Assembly: GCA_013239625.1 (NCBI GenBank)
Contig: MU053994.1
Span: forward strand, 3,415,589-3,479,588
Direction: 5' to 3'
DNA from: Lama guanicoe
Lineage: Eukaryota
Length of the DNA stretch: 64,000 bases
Made by a program: the position numbers and the translations under genes. Below the pieces are notes generated by a model. It was not told the origin of the DNA and did no database searches. It worked only from the letters and a program-made list of their open reading frames with translations. Numbering within the stretch: position 1 is the stretch's first letter; each line of letters opens with the position of its first letter. Below, piece by piece: positions 12,011 through 25,059 of the stretch.

Positions 12011-13989
12011 CCCTGTTTGGAGAAAGCACCTTAGCAGCTTGTTTGGAAAACCCAAGAATTTTTGAAGAAAGCAGTAACTATTCTGACTCTAGACTGCTGT
12101 TCTCAACTACAGGTCCTGGACTTGAGCTGCAACATTTGCTGCCTCCAGCCAGCCCTGCTCGCTTCAGATGGGCCCCCCAAAGCCCAATTGGTAACAGCCA
12201 ATTCCTTAATATCCTGTTGTTACTGTTTGTCCTGAATTCAGCGGGTTTTCTATACTGACGGACTCCTTGGTTTGCCTCACAACTCAAGTCAAGGGGAGAT
12301 TCTGTTAGCAACCAAGGACCTCTCCATCCTGAACAGGTTTTTCCTCAAATTGCAGGGCTTGTCCCTGTACTTGTGCTACTAAATGTATAAAGGTATGTAA
12401 TAGTTATACCATCCATCCGATTTTTTCTAATTGTTGAATATGTTGTGCAGTGTTTAATACACTGAACCCTTAAAGCTGTCCATTTATCTTTATTTCAAAA
12501 ATCTGAACATAGGGCCAGCATATACTTGAGCTCAGAGTTTGATGGTGAAATTTAAATGTGAATTAAATAGCATACCCATGGGAAAAAAGAAAGAAACTTG
12601 TCCAAGACATCACACAGCTAGTAATTGGCGGATCCAGGATTCAAACTCAGGCAGTCTGACTTTAGAGTCCATGTATCGTTGTCCCCGCAGCCACCCCAAA
12701 CACTCAGGTTACAAAGAGGGAAACTTCTGGCTTCTGCTCAAGGCTCTGAGTTACTTAATGGAAGGTAAGAGATCACAGCTAGGAAGGTAAAAACCATAGC
12801 ATATGGGAGGGCTCTGTATAACAAATCCATCCAGAACCACTTAGGGAGATCTTCAAAATGCAGAGCCTCCATCCCCATCTCCCCAGATGATACATGTGAA
12901 TACTGTATTGTTGATGTGGTTTAAATGAATTCTCTGTATTTAATAAGCCTGCCAATCCATACTTTAATCCTTGCATATACAAATCAATCTCTACTGATTA
13001 GGAAAACAATCCCAACTTTAATTCTGCTTTATTTTCTTCTAAATCAGGACTGTGCTTGTGGTACTGTCCTGATGTCTTCACAAATGTCTCAGAGCCACCA
13101 ACTTTTCCCAGTACTTTTGCTCTCTTTATGGCCCCGCTAGGACTGTGTTCTCTTTACTTTTCCACCTGTCTCTCTCCTACACTTAAGCTGACGCCCTTCA
13201 TCAACTTTGTACAAGCCTGCCTGCCTGTTCCAGCTCCCAAATGTTTCTTCCACTGATCTCTCAGGGCCCTAAGAACCTGTGCCTCTCTGTGGTCATTAGA
13301 CCTACACTACCAGTTATTATTATTTATTTCATGGATAAGCACCTGCCTGCTCTGTACAATTTGACTACAAACAACTTGAGGGCATATACAGGTCTTTTGT
13401 CTCAGCATAATATCCCACATATTGATGAATGTTTACAAATATTCATTGATGGTGAGTTCGCTTCTGAAAGAAAGAGGAGTCATGCACACTCGACCTTTAT
13501 TTCCATCCTTCCTCCATCTAAACTATGCCATCTTCAGGAGGAATTAGTTAGAATAGTGCAAATTAAAGAGTTTCAATGGAAGGAAAGGGCATATCTTTGT
13601 GGGACTCAGTCTTCATGGAGTAAGCGGCCTGTGAGACAGGTCGTGAAGAAAAGTAGTGAGGAGAGGGAGAGGAGGAGCGGATGAGAATGACAGACAGCAA
13701 GAGGCGGGGGGCGCAGGGGTACTACATGGTGGTTAAGAGGACAGCAGCATCTCAAGGCATTTCTTTTAACAAGCAAATAACAAAAAGGTCTGGAGCACTA
13801 GGAAATGAGTTAATGTGTCAGATGGACTTCAGAGTAGACTGTGGAAATATTTAAGGGGTCATGATTTGAGCTAAGCTCTCCTCTCCCACCTATATTGTAA
13901 ATGGGATACAAATTCTTTCAGAATGAACTTGGACAAGGAGCAGACAAGGTATTTACACAGGATTGTTAACTATAAAATGCAAGTAGATA

Positions 13990-14540
13990 GAAACGTGCAA
14001 GTTTTCAATGGAGAAACGGGATGTGCACTGAAATGGGAATTGCTTAATAAAGCCATTCTGATATATTGTCCAAGATATTAAAATGACAGCATATCCCTAT
14101 ATGTCTATGCACGAGCTGTATTTCTTTTGGTGGGAACTGTCTATGCTTGTTCTTGCCCATTTGTGTATGAAGCTTAACATCTTCCCTTCCACAGGAGTAA
14201 GCTCTCTTTATCTATGTTCAGTAGAATGTAACCCTTTTATGTCAATATTGAAGCAAATTAATTTTCTAGTTTTTTCAATTTTAGTTAAATCTATTGATGT
14301 TTTTCTTTGTGAATCTCAGTCCTTTGAAGTTATAAAAGCTCTCCAAAGATCTGTTAAATAATTTTAGTTTTTTCTAGCTTTCCTGTGATCTGATCTATTT
14401 ATATAAACTCTATTCTGTCTGTGGTTTTCTTTTTTCTGGAGGTGGGGGGAGATCTAAAATGACTTCTGAATTGCTAATTAGTTTTTTCAACACTATTTGG
14501 AAACGTTTCTTTTCTCTATTATATTTACTGTACTTTATCA
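13990..14540 (-). mobile_element. Old L1 fragment
   Basis: Degenerate antisense L1 motifs ('gtatttcttttggtgggaactgtctatg...ttgcccattt', 'ttagttaaatctattgatg'). Confidence 0.55.
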
Positions 14541-14954
14541 TATGTCCTGCTGAAAGGACTCCTTTGAAGAGGAATGCCTGGCACTGCCTGGCTGGCAAGC
14601 ACTGTTTCCTGCCCTGTATCTTTCTAAGTGGATCGGATGTCAAGTGTGGCCTGTGGTGTTTTGTGGGTCTGAATGTTTAGCCGTATCTAAAAGGAAGACT
14701 CCCACTGGTGGGTGCTGCAGGTTAGGTAGCATCTGAAGGGGACTGCTCATAGCTCCTTGAAGGAATGAATGTACCAAGAAGGTCTTCAACTGAGGGTGAG
14801 TAGAAACAAGGAGACAGAGGACCAAAGGAAGGGAAGGGTCATCAAGAGGGAAACCAGAGCACACAACACAAATTCTTCTGCCTCACAACCTTGCCTGGGA
14901 CCAGTAGGGTACAGATTCACAGTTGTTTTGGCCATGTTACTGGTGGCCGCCCTT

Positions 14955-15250
14955 AGTTTAGGCCCACCTGAAACATTTGCAGGGCCTGAGCCACCAGTAA
15001 AAATGGAAGCCCATAGCACCATATGTCCAAATATTTAAAAGTTATACATCAGACTTACAAATTGCTAAATATGTTCTAACCCTCCATCTTGATTCACAAG
15101 GACCTGGAATATTAGATTCTATTAAGATTTCTTGTGATCCTCAGAATTCCTCATCAGAACATGTCATATTGGGCTATCCAGCCCTTGGCCTGTCCTCCAC
15201 TTTTACCCCCATCCCCAGCTCTATGCCTAATCTTATAGCCCTCCTAGGCC
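14955..15250. mobile_element. hAT-Tip100 element (MER115/Zaphod-like) fragment
   Basis: 'tttgcagggcctgagc...aaaatggaagccca...ccatatgtccaaatatttaaaagttata' matches the recalled consensus. Confidence 0.65.
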
Positions 15251-15384
15251 ATGACTGATATCTCAAAGTATAAGAGGTAGCAGTCCAACCACAGATTTTA
15301 CAACTACTTAACAAGGCCACTGACTCCCCTTCTTAGGATGGTGTCTTCTGCCACCCTCCTCTACTCACTCTTGTTCCTTAATGC

Positions 15385-15920
15385 TGGGTCAGTTAAGGCT
15401 CTTAGTTGTAAGAAAAAGAAACCACCTCTGGCTGATTTAAGCAGAAAAGGAGTTTATTAATAGGACACTGGGTTGCTCACAGAGTGGTAGGAGGGCTGTA
15501 AAACCACGACTGGGGCTATGCAGACAGAAACAAAGCCCTGAACTGATGTGAGGAGAACACCACTACAGCTGTTCTCCGCCAGCTGCAGCAGCTTGCACCA
15601 TGGTCCCTGTTCAGGCGAGATGCTGGAAGCCATCCCGAGTGCTGCTACACTATCTCAGTCATCGTCCCTGCTGTCACTTAAAAGTTCCACATGCTCCTTT
15701 TTTTTTGTCACTAGCTATTACATCATGAGTGGACGTGTCTGACTCATGAAACCTATGTCGTATTCCCATATTCTAACTGCCAAGGAGAGCAAATACCCAG
15801 CATTTTTAGCTTCTATAGTAGAAGGCTGGCTTTGTCCTCCAACAAGACTCTTAAGATGGGAGACTCTCCAAATACTGGAAGAGGTTTCAGATGTTGGACA
15901 GCCAAGAATAATGAGAAATG
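15385..15920 (-). mobile_element. Old MaLR LTR (MLT1M/N-like)
   Basis: 'ctcttagttgtaagaaaaagaaaccacctctggctgatttaagcagaaaaggagtttatt' is a typical MLT1 terminus in reverse orientation. Confidence 0.7.
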
Positions 15921-16291
15921 ACCCCTACATATGGGTTTATTCTCAAGTCTATCTGTAACTGCCTGTGGGACCTAGCTTATGCTACTGAACCTTTCTGGGT
16001 TGACAATACTGCTCAGTAAACTGATGGGATTTGATTCAGTAATCTCTAAAGTCTCTTAATACCCCCATGGAATTCTGATTCTTTGAAAGAGGACTGGCTT
16101 GAAAAAAAAATGCCACTTCTAAATTGAAATGTGGTCTAAGATAGTGTTGATCAAGTTTTAGAAGCTGAGTATTGTTTTAATGCCTTTCTAGATATCAGAG
16201 GTTGATTTCTCACCATTTCCAAGGTCTTATATTTACCACCCATTTCTTGCTTAAAGGACTAAGAGCTTTTGTCCCGAGTGCTGTTTGACAA

Positions 16292-16310
16292 TGGCGCCTC
16301 CTAGTGGATG
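16292..16310 (-). promoter_or_regulatory. Candidate CTCF binding site
   Basis: Minus strand CATCCACTAGGAGGCGCCA closely matches the CTCF core CCACYAGRKGGCRC. It lies in apparently non-repetitive sequence. Confidence 0.6.
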
Positions 16311-16538
16311 AGGAAACCAGCTACAAGAGATGGCAAATAATCCTAGAACAGCAGCAGCAGCAGGCCTCTGGATTAGCTGTTTATGTTAAGATGCCCCTCT
16401 GTGTGGTTTTCTGAAATTCCCAGAAAATAAAGCAAGACAGTTGTGAGCAACAACGTGCTCTGTTTATTTTTTAGGAACTTCACTGCTGGCCTTAGTGTTC
16501 TCACTACTAAACACCCACCTCCCCAACTTCCAACACCA

Positions 16539-16560
16539 ACACACACACACACACACACAC
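16539..16560 (+). repeat. (AC)n microsatellite, about 11 units
   Basis: Read directly from the sequence. Confidence 0.95.
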
Positions 16561-18494
16561 TCTTTCTCTTTCAGTTATAGTCCTGAAGGAAAAAACAAAA
16601 GGGGAGGGGCCTTCAGATTTAGAAATCACACTCAGTCATGTCACCAAATTTTAGAACTAGAAGTTTAATGGAAAGGCTTGCTTTAGGTCAGTAGCTAATT
16701 CACGGCAGATGGGCCTAGAACCTCAGCCACTTTATTCGCGGTCCCCTGTACAACCCCATGCTCCCTGCTCACCCTTTTGAAGGAGGACGTTATACTTGTC
16801 CCTTGCTCTAACATGGACTTAATGTAGTTTGTTTAAAGGATAGAGATATTCTACTATCCTCACAAATTACTGCAAAAAAATTACTGCAAATCCTCACAGG
16901 TGAAGAGAACCTCACTTGTGCTTTATTTTCCATCTGACCAGGAGACAGACAGGGTTTCGTGTGCTAGAGAGGAACTAAGTTTCCAAGCTAACCTTGTTTC
17001 TGTTTGCAGCAGGAGGTCTACAGAGTTCCTCTAAGACATCGGTTACTATATATGGTTTCAGTTTGTTGCTGTTTGCAAATTGGCTGTAATGTTATTTGAA
17101 CATTCAAGAACTCCTATTATTTTGTGTAAGGTCTGAAACTTGGAAATAATTTATGGGTATATGGAATCTTCTCTTGAGGGCATAGTAACGGTTCCATTTT
17201 TCTTGTTAAATTTAATCTTAGGCACTTAGGCACAGGGCAAAGTGTCCACAGGCCCAGGTACTTGAACTTCTCTCTTTTCTACCCTGCCTTCTTTCCCCGA
17301 ATCTTTTAACTTCACTAATTCTAAAAAAAAACAATTATTGTGCAAATACCTTACATGCAAATCTTTATCTGCTGGATATATTAGTTCAGCTAGTTTAAAC
17401 ATATTTTTCTATTTACTTTTTTAAAAGTTACTTAGACCCCTGATCTATTCTTACTTTCACAGGTAGGAGCTGAGACAGAACCTCTGCCACTCAACACCGA
17501 ACCGATCACAATCATTGCATTGGTTTATTTTCTGTCCTATGTAAACTCCTGTAACTCTGGTACACGGGAGTTACATCTATGATTCTCTGTAAGTCTCTCT
17601 AGCTCTTCTTTCTACTTCCTCCCTCTAGAAATACAGTTCTCCTACCTGCTCCTTAAAGCCTTCTCTTCATGAGGAGGCAGGTCCCTCAATGCAGTCCCTG
17701 CCAGCACCAGCAGTCAAGCTCCTGGGCTACAGGAGGGAGCACACCTCCAAATGATGCAGGTACAACTGCAATATGCTTCTTCGAGTCACTTGTGGAACGC
17801 AAAGGTTCAGGGTCATTCTTTGACAGTTCCGCTCCTGGCATGTCCTCTGTTTGTCTCACAGAACATCTAAAGAACTGTAAATAATCATGCCAGACTCTGA
17901 TGCGGTCTTGCAGATGAGGAAGGTAGGCTAATCTGGAAAATGATCTCATCTTGAGCAAACACACCAGGGATTAAAAAATCATCACACAGTTAACTATTGA
18001 TTTTCTGTTTTCATTTTACTGCCATTTGCACTCTGAAATCAAACTGGCTGGTATAATTCTTACTTCTAAGCGAGTTCCTAGCTAACATAAAAATATTAAT
18101 GTTAGTATTAATAAATCTAGAGACATAAACAAAAACAGAGGTATAATCACAGGTATCTGCCTAAGATTAAGTTTAACAAGAAAAATGGAACCATTACTAT
18201 GCCTTCACAAGAAGATTCCATACGCCCATAAATTATTTCCAAGTTTCAAACCTCACAAAATAAAAAAAGGAGTTCTTGAATGTTCAGATAACATTACGGC
18301 CAATTTGCAAACAGCAACAAAACTTCGCATGTGGACAAATAAAAGTCAGCAGTTAACTAGAAAGATCCTTTGAGTATTACAGGAACACACAGATATCTAA
18401 ATTTATTATCCTCATAGACTATGATTTTCACATTAGTCATTCCTCTGGGATAAGATACTGAAGGTTCCTGTTAAATGCAGATAAGTTAATAGCT

Positions 18495-18720
18495 AACAGC
18501 AAAGATTTACTGAGCATTTAACCACACACTAAGTGCCATTTTAAGACTTTACATGTAATAACTTATTTAATCTTCATAACAACACAAAGAGAAAGGTACA
18601 GATGAGGAAATTGAGGCTTAAGACAAATGTTATATAACTTGTCCAAGGTCGCACGGTTAGAAAGCAGCGGAATCTAAGCAATCTGGCTCCAGAATCCCAG
18701 CTCTTACCCTCTAGTCCTGA
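18495..18720 (-). mobile_element. MIR SINE
   Basis: Core 'acagatgaggaaattgaggctta...aacttgtccaaggtcgcacggttag...tctggctccagaatcc'. Confidence 0.85.
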
Positions 18721-18999
18721 GGTGCTACAAGAAACAGAATTTATGGTAATGACAATGATGACAAGATAAGACCAACTAGTTTTGATTATCAGAGTACTTC
18801 CACACTTCATTTCATTCTTACAAGTTGGTAAGGTAGAAACTGAGGTGCCAAGAGGTGAAAAGGGTCCTGTCCTACTGGTTACAACTCCTAAACTCCATCT
18901 CTAGCCCAAAGTCTTCTCCTGGGGGCCAGATCCATATGGCGCAGCTGGTACTGGACATCTACAGGTAGGTGTCCCACAGTCACCACAAACTCAGATGAT

Positions 19000-19560
19000 C
19001 CAAAAGTGGATTAGTGATTTTCTTCCCCAAACCTTATTTCTATCTAATGGGGACAGTCTTTCTTCAGTTTGGGGAAGTTCTGGATGATTATTTTTTTGAG
19101 TAAGGTCTCCCCTCTTCATCACTCCCTCTATACTTCTAGAATTCTGTTTATGTATGTTGGATATTCTCAATGTGGCTTCCATGACTTTTAGCTTCTCTTT
19201 CATACTTATCATCTCTGTTTAACTGTGCTTTGCTCTGTATTGGTTCCTCGATATTGTCTTTCAGCCTGGGCATATTGATTCCAAACACACACACACGCAC
19301 ATGCCCTCTTAAGGACTTATCAACATTTACTGAATAGAAGAGCCTCTTATTCTATGAATGTTAGCCCTTCTCTCTCTCTTTCTAAGGACTCTGAAATCCC
19401 TTTCAGATTTTCCTATTATTTCCATTTTCTTTAGACCAAATTTCCTATCTATTGAGTTTGTTTCGGGATGTTAATTTTCCCTTGTGTGTTTTGAAATTTT
19501 CATTTAAACACGTATCTCAAGTGGGGATTTCTTGTTTTTGTTTTTCTCTGTAGGTCTCCC
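19000..19560 (-). mobile_element. Old L1 ORF1/HAL1-like fragment
   Basis: Antisense ORF1-like sequence. ORF 18991-19212(-) reads EKLKVMEATLRISNI, resembling the L1 ORF1 motif 'EDRSRRSNI'. Confidence 0.55.
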
Positions 19561-19869
19561 GACCTATCTATGCCTTTATATATGATGGCTAGTATTTTTC
19601 TTAGCCACTGCTTAAGGTTGAGGGTCTCTGTGTTATCCCTGGATTTCATGTGGTGAACCAAACCCCTTCTTCTTAGGGGCTCTCAGTTCCTATTACAATG
19701 AAGAAGTTTAACTCCAAAATCCCATCTTGCCTGGAATTCTTTACTGACTTTAGTTTCGACCCTCTACCACATTTTTCACATGGAGTCTAGGAGTCTCTCT
19801 CTAGTGTACAAATGTGGTATTATTACCTTAGTAAAATTATTTCAATGTGCTCCACCACCTACAGAATAA

Positions 19870-20155
19870 ACTTTAAAGTCTGATCAAATGTCATCTCCTC
19901 AGAAAGGGCTTCTCTGAACACCCTATCTGAAGTAGCATCCTCATCACTCTATCCCTTCCCTGGCTCTTGTTCTTCATGGCACTTATCACTACTCACCATT
20001 ATTACTACATATTTATTTGTTAGTTTGCCTCTTCCACTAGAATATACATTTCATGTAGGCGTGCACTTTGAATTACTCACTGTTAAATCCTCAGCATCTA
20101 GAACAGGGCCTGGAACATTGTGGGCATTCAATAAATACTTTTGAATGGATAAATC
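19870..20155 (+). mobile_element. L2 3' end
   Basis: 'aaatgtcatctcctcaga...cttccactagaatatac...cagcatctagaacagggcctggaaca...caataaatacttttgaatggat'. Confidence 0.85.
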
Positions 20156-20184
20156 TAAATCCTTAATATGGCATTAAAAGCCTT

Positions 20185-20390
20185 AGACATATCAGAGCAA
20201 CTAAGAGTGAATGCTCTAGAGTCAAACTGCCTAGGCTGGAAGCCTGGCTGGAGCACACCAGCTTTCTGACCTTGAGCAAGCCACAACCTCTTAAGCTGCA
20301 GTTTTCTCATCTGTAAAATGGACATAGTAATTAAGCTTAGTGGGTTGTTGAGAGGAGTTAAGAGACAACAGACAAGTATAAAGTGTAGCA
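20185..20390 (+). mobile_element. MIR SINE
   Basis: 'tgaccttgagcaagcc...cagttttctcatctgtaaaatgg...ggttgttgagaggagttaa'. Confidence 0.8.
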
Positions 20391-21569
20391 ATGCAGTTAC
20401 ACACACCACTAGAGGCTTTTATTATTACATGTCCTACCTCATCTCCATTCTCTCATCTTGCATCTTGTTCCAAAGTAACAGTTCACTATTATTAATAGTG
20501 TCCCAACCATATAAGCCAACTCACATTTCTGGCCATTCCACATGCTCCTCGCCCTGTCTCTAAGCTTACGTCCCTTCCCACTCATAGTCAACGTGCCTTC
20601 CATACAGTATTAAACTCTTCTACCTAGAACCCCAGCCCAAGCATGGAAACAGAAGTGGCCTTTTATTTTGCCCTGGCTGGACATGGAACATATCCCAGAT
20701 TCAAAAGGAGGTTTTCCATAGAGGGTCAGGTCAGTAACTGAGGATACTCAGGGTTCTAAAGGAGAAGGAGGAGACTGAGATAATGAGATAAATTCATTCA
20801 CTCATCCATTCGTATCCCCACCCCACCGCCACCGTGTGTGTGTGTGCATGTGTCTGGAATATGAAGAGAAGCAGGAGATACTTGGCCTTGCAGGTCATGC
20901 AGACTGGGGAGCTGGGGAGCCTGTTTGGGGGCCGTGTGCAAGTCCTTGAGTAAACAGGGAGAGCTGGTCTTTCCAGAGCAAAATAGATGCAAAATCCTGA
21001 GGGATGAAGGGAGTAGTGATCTCAGTTCCTGAGGTCTTTCTTTCTTGTTTTTATGAGGCCTGGCTTCATTCTGTTTTCTTTCTTTACATTTCATGAGATT
21101 TCTTTACCTTTACAGCCTTTGTCTAATTTCGTCCTGGCCACTATCACTTGGCAAGCTCCTGGTCATCCTTCAAATCTCAGTATTGCCTCCTCTGTGAATG
21201 GTCTTTCTCTTCCTTCCTCTCATCATAATTCTTTCCATGTCTACCCATCTCTGTCCTGAGCTTCTAGCTCTATCTCATAGATATTAGGCATTAAGAAACA
21301 AAACTACTAAATGGATAAAGTTGGTGACAGAGTTAGGACAATAGTGCAGGCCTCTCCATTTGTTCTCTATTATTTCACTACCTCCAGCTACCAGATAGAG
21401 ATATCAAGAGACAGAAAAAACAGGGCGTGTCTCAAAACCGAGCCAGAACAGGAGCTCTGCATAGCATAAGCACTAGATATTGGTTGAGGAATAAGAGAAT
21501 TTAATGGAGGATGGGACTAAAAGTGCCCAAACCCTCCATTTCCCAATACTGTTCCTGACATACTCTCTT

Positions 21570-22270
21570 TACCTGGCTTCTGTGACATTCTGCCGCCATG
21601 ATTTTCATTCCATCTCTTTAGCTGTGTCTTCGCTATCTCATCTGCTAGGTATTCCTCCTGTTCTAGAGCCCACACTTTTCAAATTTGGGAGCCCCTCAGT
21701 CCTCAAGTCCTCTTTTCTTCTCCCTCTCTATACTCTTCTAAACCATCTAAATAGCAACCCCTCCCCCCAATCTCTGTGTCTAGCCATGGTCTCTCTCTGT
21801 GCTCCTTCCTAATCCACATGTTCAACTTCATCTTTAGCAACTTCACTCAGATGTCTCACAGAAACTTCAAACTCAACATGTCCAAAACGTATTTCACCAT
21901 CTATTTTCAGGCACCTTCACACACTAGGTGCTCAGGCCAGTAACTAGAGAGTCAACTTTGACTCTTGCTTCCTTACTTCCTTTACGCAAATCTTGTCCAT
22001 TCTAATTCCTAAATATCTCCAAGTTCTGTTTACTTCCTTTCATCTCTACTGACACTGATCTATCCTAGCCATCAACGTTCCTACTAAATCACTGTAATGG
22101 CTTCCAAATGCTCCCCAAATCCAAATCCAACCCTACAGCAATACTATAGCCAAAGAACGCTTTCAGAATGGAAGTCTGATCATATAATTGCTTGTGATGG
22201 CATTCGTATCTTTAAGATAAAATCCAAAATCCCTGCCATTTCTTAAAAGGCTCATCAAGATTTTGTCCCT
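21570..22270 (+). mobile_element. L2 ORF2/3' fragment
   Basis: 'cactcagatgtctcacagaaacttcaaactcaacatgtccaaaac' is a hallmark L2 segment. Confidence 0.8.
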
Positions 22271-22699
22271 ATCTCCTTTGAACTTTTTGAGCCCTCATTG
22301 GTGTGTGTGAGAAATATGAAGAGTATCTTTAAGACAAACAAATACTTTCTAGAGTCTGGCAAAAAGACAGAACAAATATATTTTTCATACCTCCATATTA
22401 ATATTCAAAGACACTGCCTACTGACCCAAGTTAACCAGCAGAAGGACAAAAGACCTTATCTCTATTTCTGAGTATTATAAATTCTCTTGGGCCTAGTGAT
22501 CTCACAGTAATCCACTGTAGTTAACATCATTCTGGTCAAGTCCACAGATATGGACGAGGACCATAAGAATAAAACAGAATTTATCTATAATTTTCTCTGT
22601 CTAGATTTATACATATAAGCACAGTTTTAGAATGAAATAAGATATTTACTAATAATATGACTGAAAGATTAGTTCAGTTCTTTAGATCACAATTTAAAA

Positions 22700-23560
22700 T
22701 GAGAGTCTACAACTTTCATACAATGCTGGTAGGAGTGGAAAGTGGTACAACATTTGTGGAAGGAATTTGGCATTAACAATAGTGTGAAATGATGTATGCA
22801 CAAGGTTATTAACTTAAAAGAAGACTGGAAATGATCCAAATGTCCATCAATAGGGAACTGGCTTAATAAATAATTTTATATCCATAATGGAGTACTAAGA
22901 AGGTATAAATAGGAATGAAGAAGATGTCTACATACTGCTATGGAGAGATCCCCGGTGTTTTCATATTGTTAAATTAAAAATTAAATTAAAACTTTTAAAA
23001 CGTTTGACCTTCCAATCATGTATGTTTTTCATTATTTAAAACCAAAACTAAGTCAAGAAGAAATAAGAGGCAATCTCTAAAAACAAACTGATGCAAATAC
23101 CTGAATAAGATCGGAAGAGTGTATCAGTGCAATATCCTAGTTGTGACAACATACTAGTTTTGTACAATGTTAATGTTGGGTGAAACTGGGCAACATCTAC
23201 AAGGATCTCTCTGTATTACTTCTTTATAAGCTGCATGGGACTCTATAATTATCTCAATAAAAACTAATTTAAAAAAGACAAATTGAAATAAACAAACTTA
23301 ACTCTATGCCAAGCTCGTGGCATAATTGCAAAGAGAAGAGTTATTTTAGTGACTTTAAAACTCAGTGGTTTGATTGTGCATCCCTAGTGGGATATACCCT
23401 AAGGCTGAAAAGAAGGGCAAAGAAAGCCTAATCTGCATTTGGTAGTCTTGTTTTCATTATTTATTTAAACTAGTAGGATGAAACAAGTATGTTAATGTGG
23501 TAAGAAACCCAGATTTTCAGAGAAAAGATGTACAAATATACAATTTTTTAGATTAAATAA
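22700..23560 (+). mobile_element. Old L1 (L1MC-like) 3' fragments
   Basis: 'gactggaaatgatccaaatgtccatcaatagggaactggcttaataaa' and 'aaggatctctctgtattacttctt' are L1 3'UTR motifs. Confidence 0.7.
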
Positions 23561-23587
23561 AACTTTTACTTAATTGTGCTCAGTATT

Positions 23588-23970
23588 ATGGTATTATGTT
23601 AAGTGAAATAGGTCAGAAAGAGAAAGACAAATACTGTATGATATCACTTATATGTGGAATTAAAAAAAAACTAGCTTATATAACAAAAAAGAAACAGACT
23701 CACAGATAGAGAGAACAAACTAGTGGTTACCAGCAGGGAGAGGGAAGGGAGGGGGTAAGGGAGGGGTAGGGGATTAAGTGGTACAAACTGTACATTAAAA
23801 TAAATAAGCTACAAGGATATTTTATACAACACAGGAAATATAGCCAGTTTTATAATAACTATAAATGAAGTTCAACCTTTAAAAATTGTGAACTACTGTC
23901 GTACACCAGGAACAGAATGTTGTACACCCTCTATACCTTAACTTACAAAATTTAAAAATAAAAATAAATT
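23588..23970 (+). mobile_element. Artiodactyl-type L1 3' end (5'-truncated)
   Basis: 'ttaagtgaaataggtcagaaagagaaagacaaatactgtatgatatcacttatatgtggaat...gaaacagactcacagatagagagaacaaactagtggttacc', ending in an A-rich tail. Confidence 0.88.
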
Positions 23971-24004
23971 GAAAAATTAAGTAAAAACTCTGTAATTTCT
24001 TTCT

Positions 24005-25050
24005 CTCTTTTAAAAAACTTCATATTATGGAAAATTTCAAAAGTAGAAGGTATTGAGTAAGGCTCATATTCCCATTACCCTGCTCCAACAATGAACAACT
24101 CACTGGCTAATCCTGCTTTACCTAAACTTCAAGCCATTACCCACGGACCTCCCCTCACCTGATTCTGAGGCAAATCCCAGACTTTATGATAAGTATTCCA
24201 GTACTTATCTCCAAAAGGTAAGGACTCTTTTTGTAAAATAACTGCAGTTATAAAGTTATGTTACAAACTAACAATTCTTTATTATCTAATTAACATCTCA
24301 CAAATAAAACTCTGTATTTAATGGAAATAATGGTGTAAACTCATGGTTTCATGTTTGTTTAATTTTGATTGAAGAAAACTGTTCAGTTTCTAATAATTTT
24401 AGATTTACATAAAAATGGAATAAATGGGACAAAGAGTTCTGTATACCCCTCACCCAACTTCCCCTAATGTTAACTATAGCACGTTTGTCAAAACTAAGAG
24501 AATGACCCTGATACATTACTATTAGCTCAACTCCAGACTGTATTTGGACTTCATGCGTTTGTGGACTAAGGTACTTTCTTTGTTCTGGGATCCCATGCAG
24601 GACCCATTACATTTTGTCATTGAGTCTCCTTAGTCTACTCTGTGACAATGTCTCAGTCTTTCCTTGTTTTTCACAACCATGACACTTTAAAAAGAGCACT
24701 GGCCAGGTATTTTGTGGGATGTCCTTCAATTTGGACCTGTCTGAAGTTTTTTTCACTTTTAGATGAAGAGTGTGGGTTTTAGGGGGAGGATACCACTGAG
24801 GTAAAGTGCCCTTCTCAGAACATCACCTCAGGGGGCACGTGATATCCACATGACTTATCACTGGTGATGCTAACTTGATTCCTTGGTTAAGAGGGGTCGT
24901 CAGCCAGGTTTCTCCACTATAAAGTCACTATGTATACTATATGTGTGTGCGCACACATATATCATACTGCCATCTCCAACTCTAATCCAGCACCACAGAG
25001 TTCATTTTAGCCTTATTGTTGCTTATTTGTAACGTCTTTCTCTGACAGAA
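24005..25050 (-). mobile_element. Old L1MC-type 3' UTR fragments
   Basis: 'ttcatattatggaaaatttcaaa', 'aataattttagatttaca' and 'gtcagccaggtttctccactataaag' are antisense L1 3' UTR motifs. Confidence 0.7.
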
Positions 25051-25059
25051 TTTTAAACT

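Noticed and set aside
13241..13684. 147-aa plus-strand ORF
   Set aside because: No recognisable domain; it overlaps degenerate L2-like 3' sequence; its length is compatible with chance.
17646..17874. Possible cryptic CASK exon (tttacag| ... cag|gtagg) overlapping ORF 17686-17964
   Set aside because: Weak pyrimidine tract, a frame-shifting 229-nt length and a peptide unlike CASK. There is no support without RNA data.
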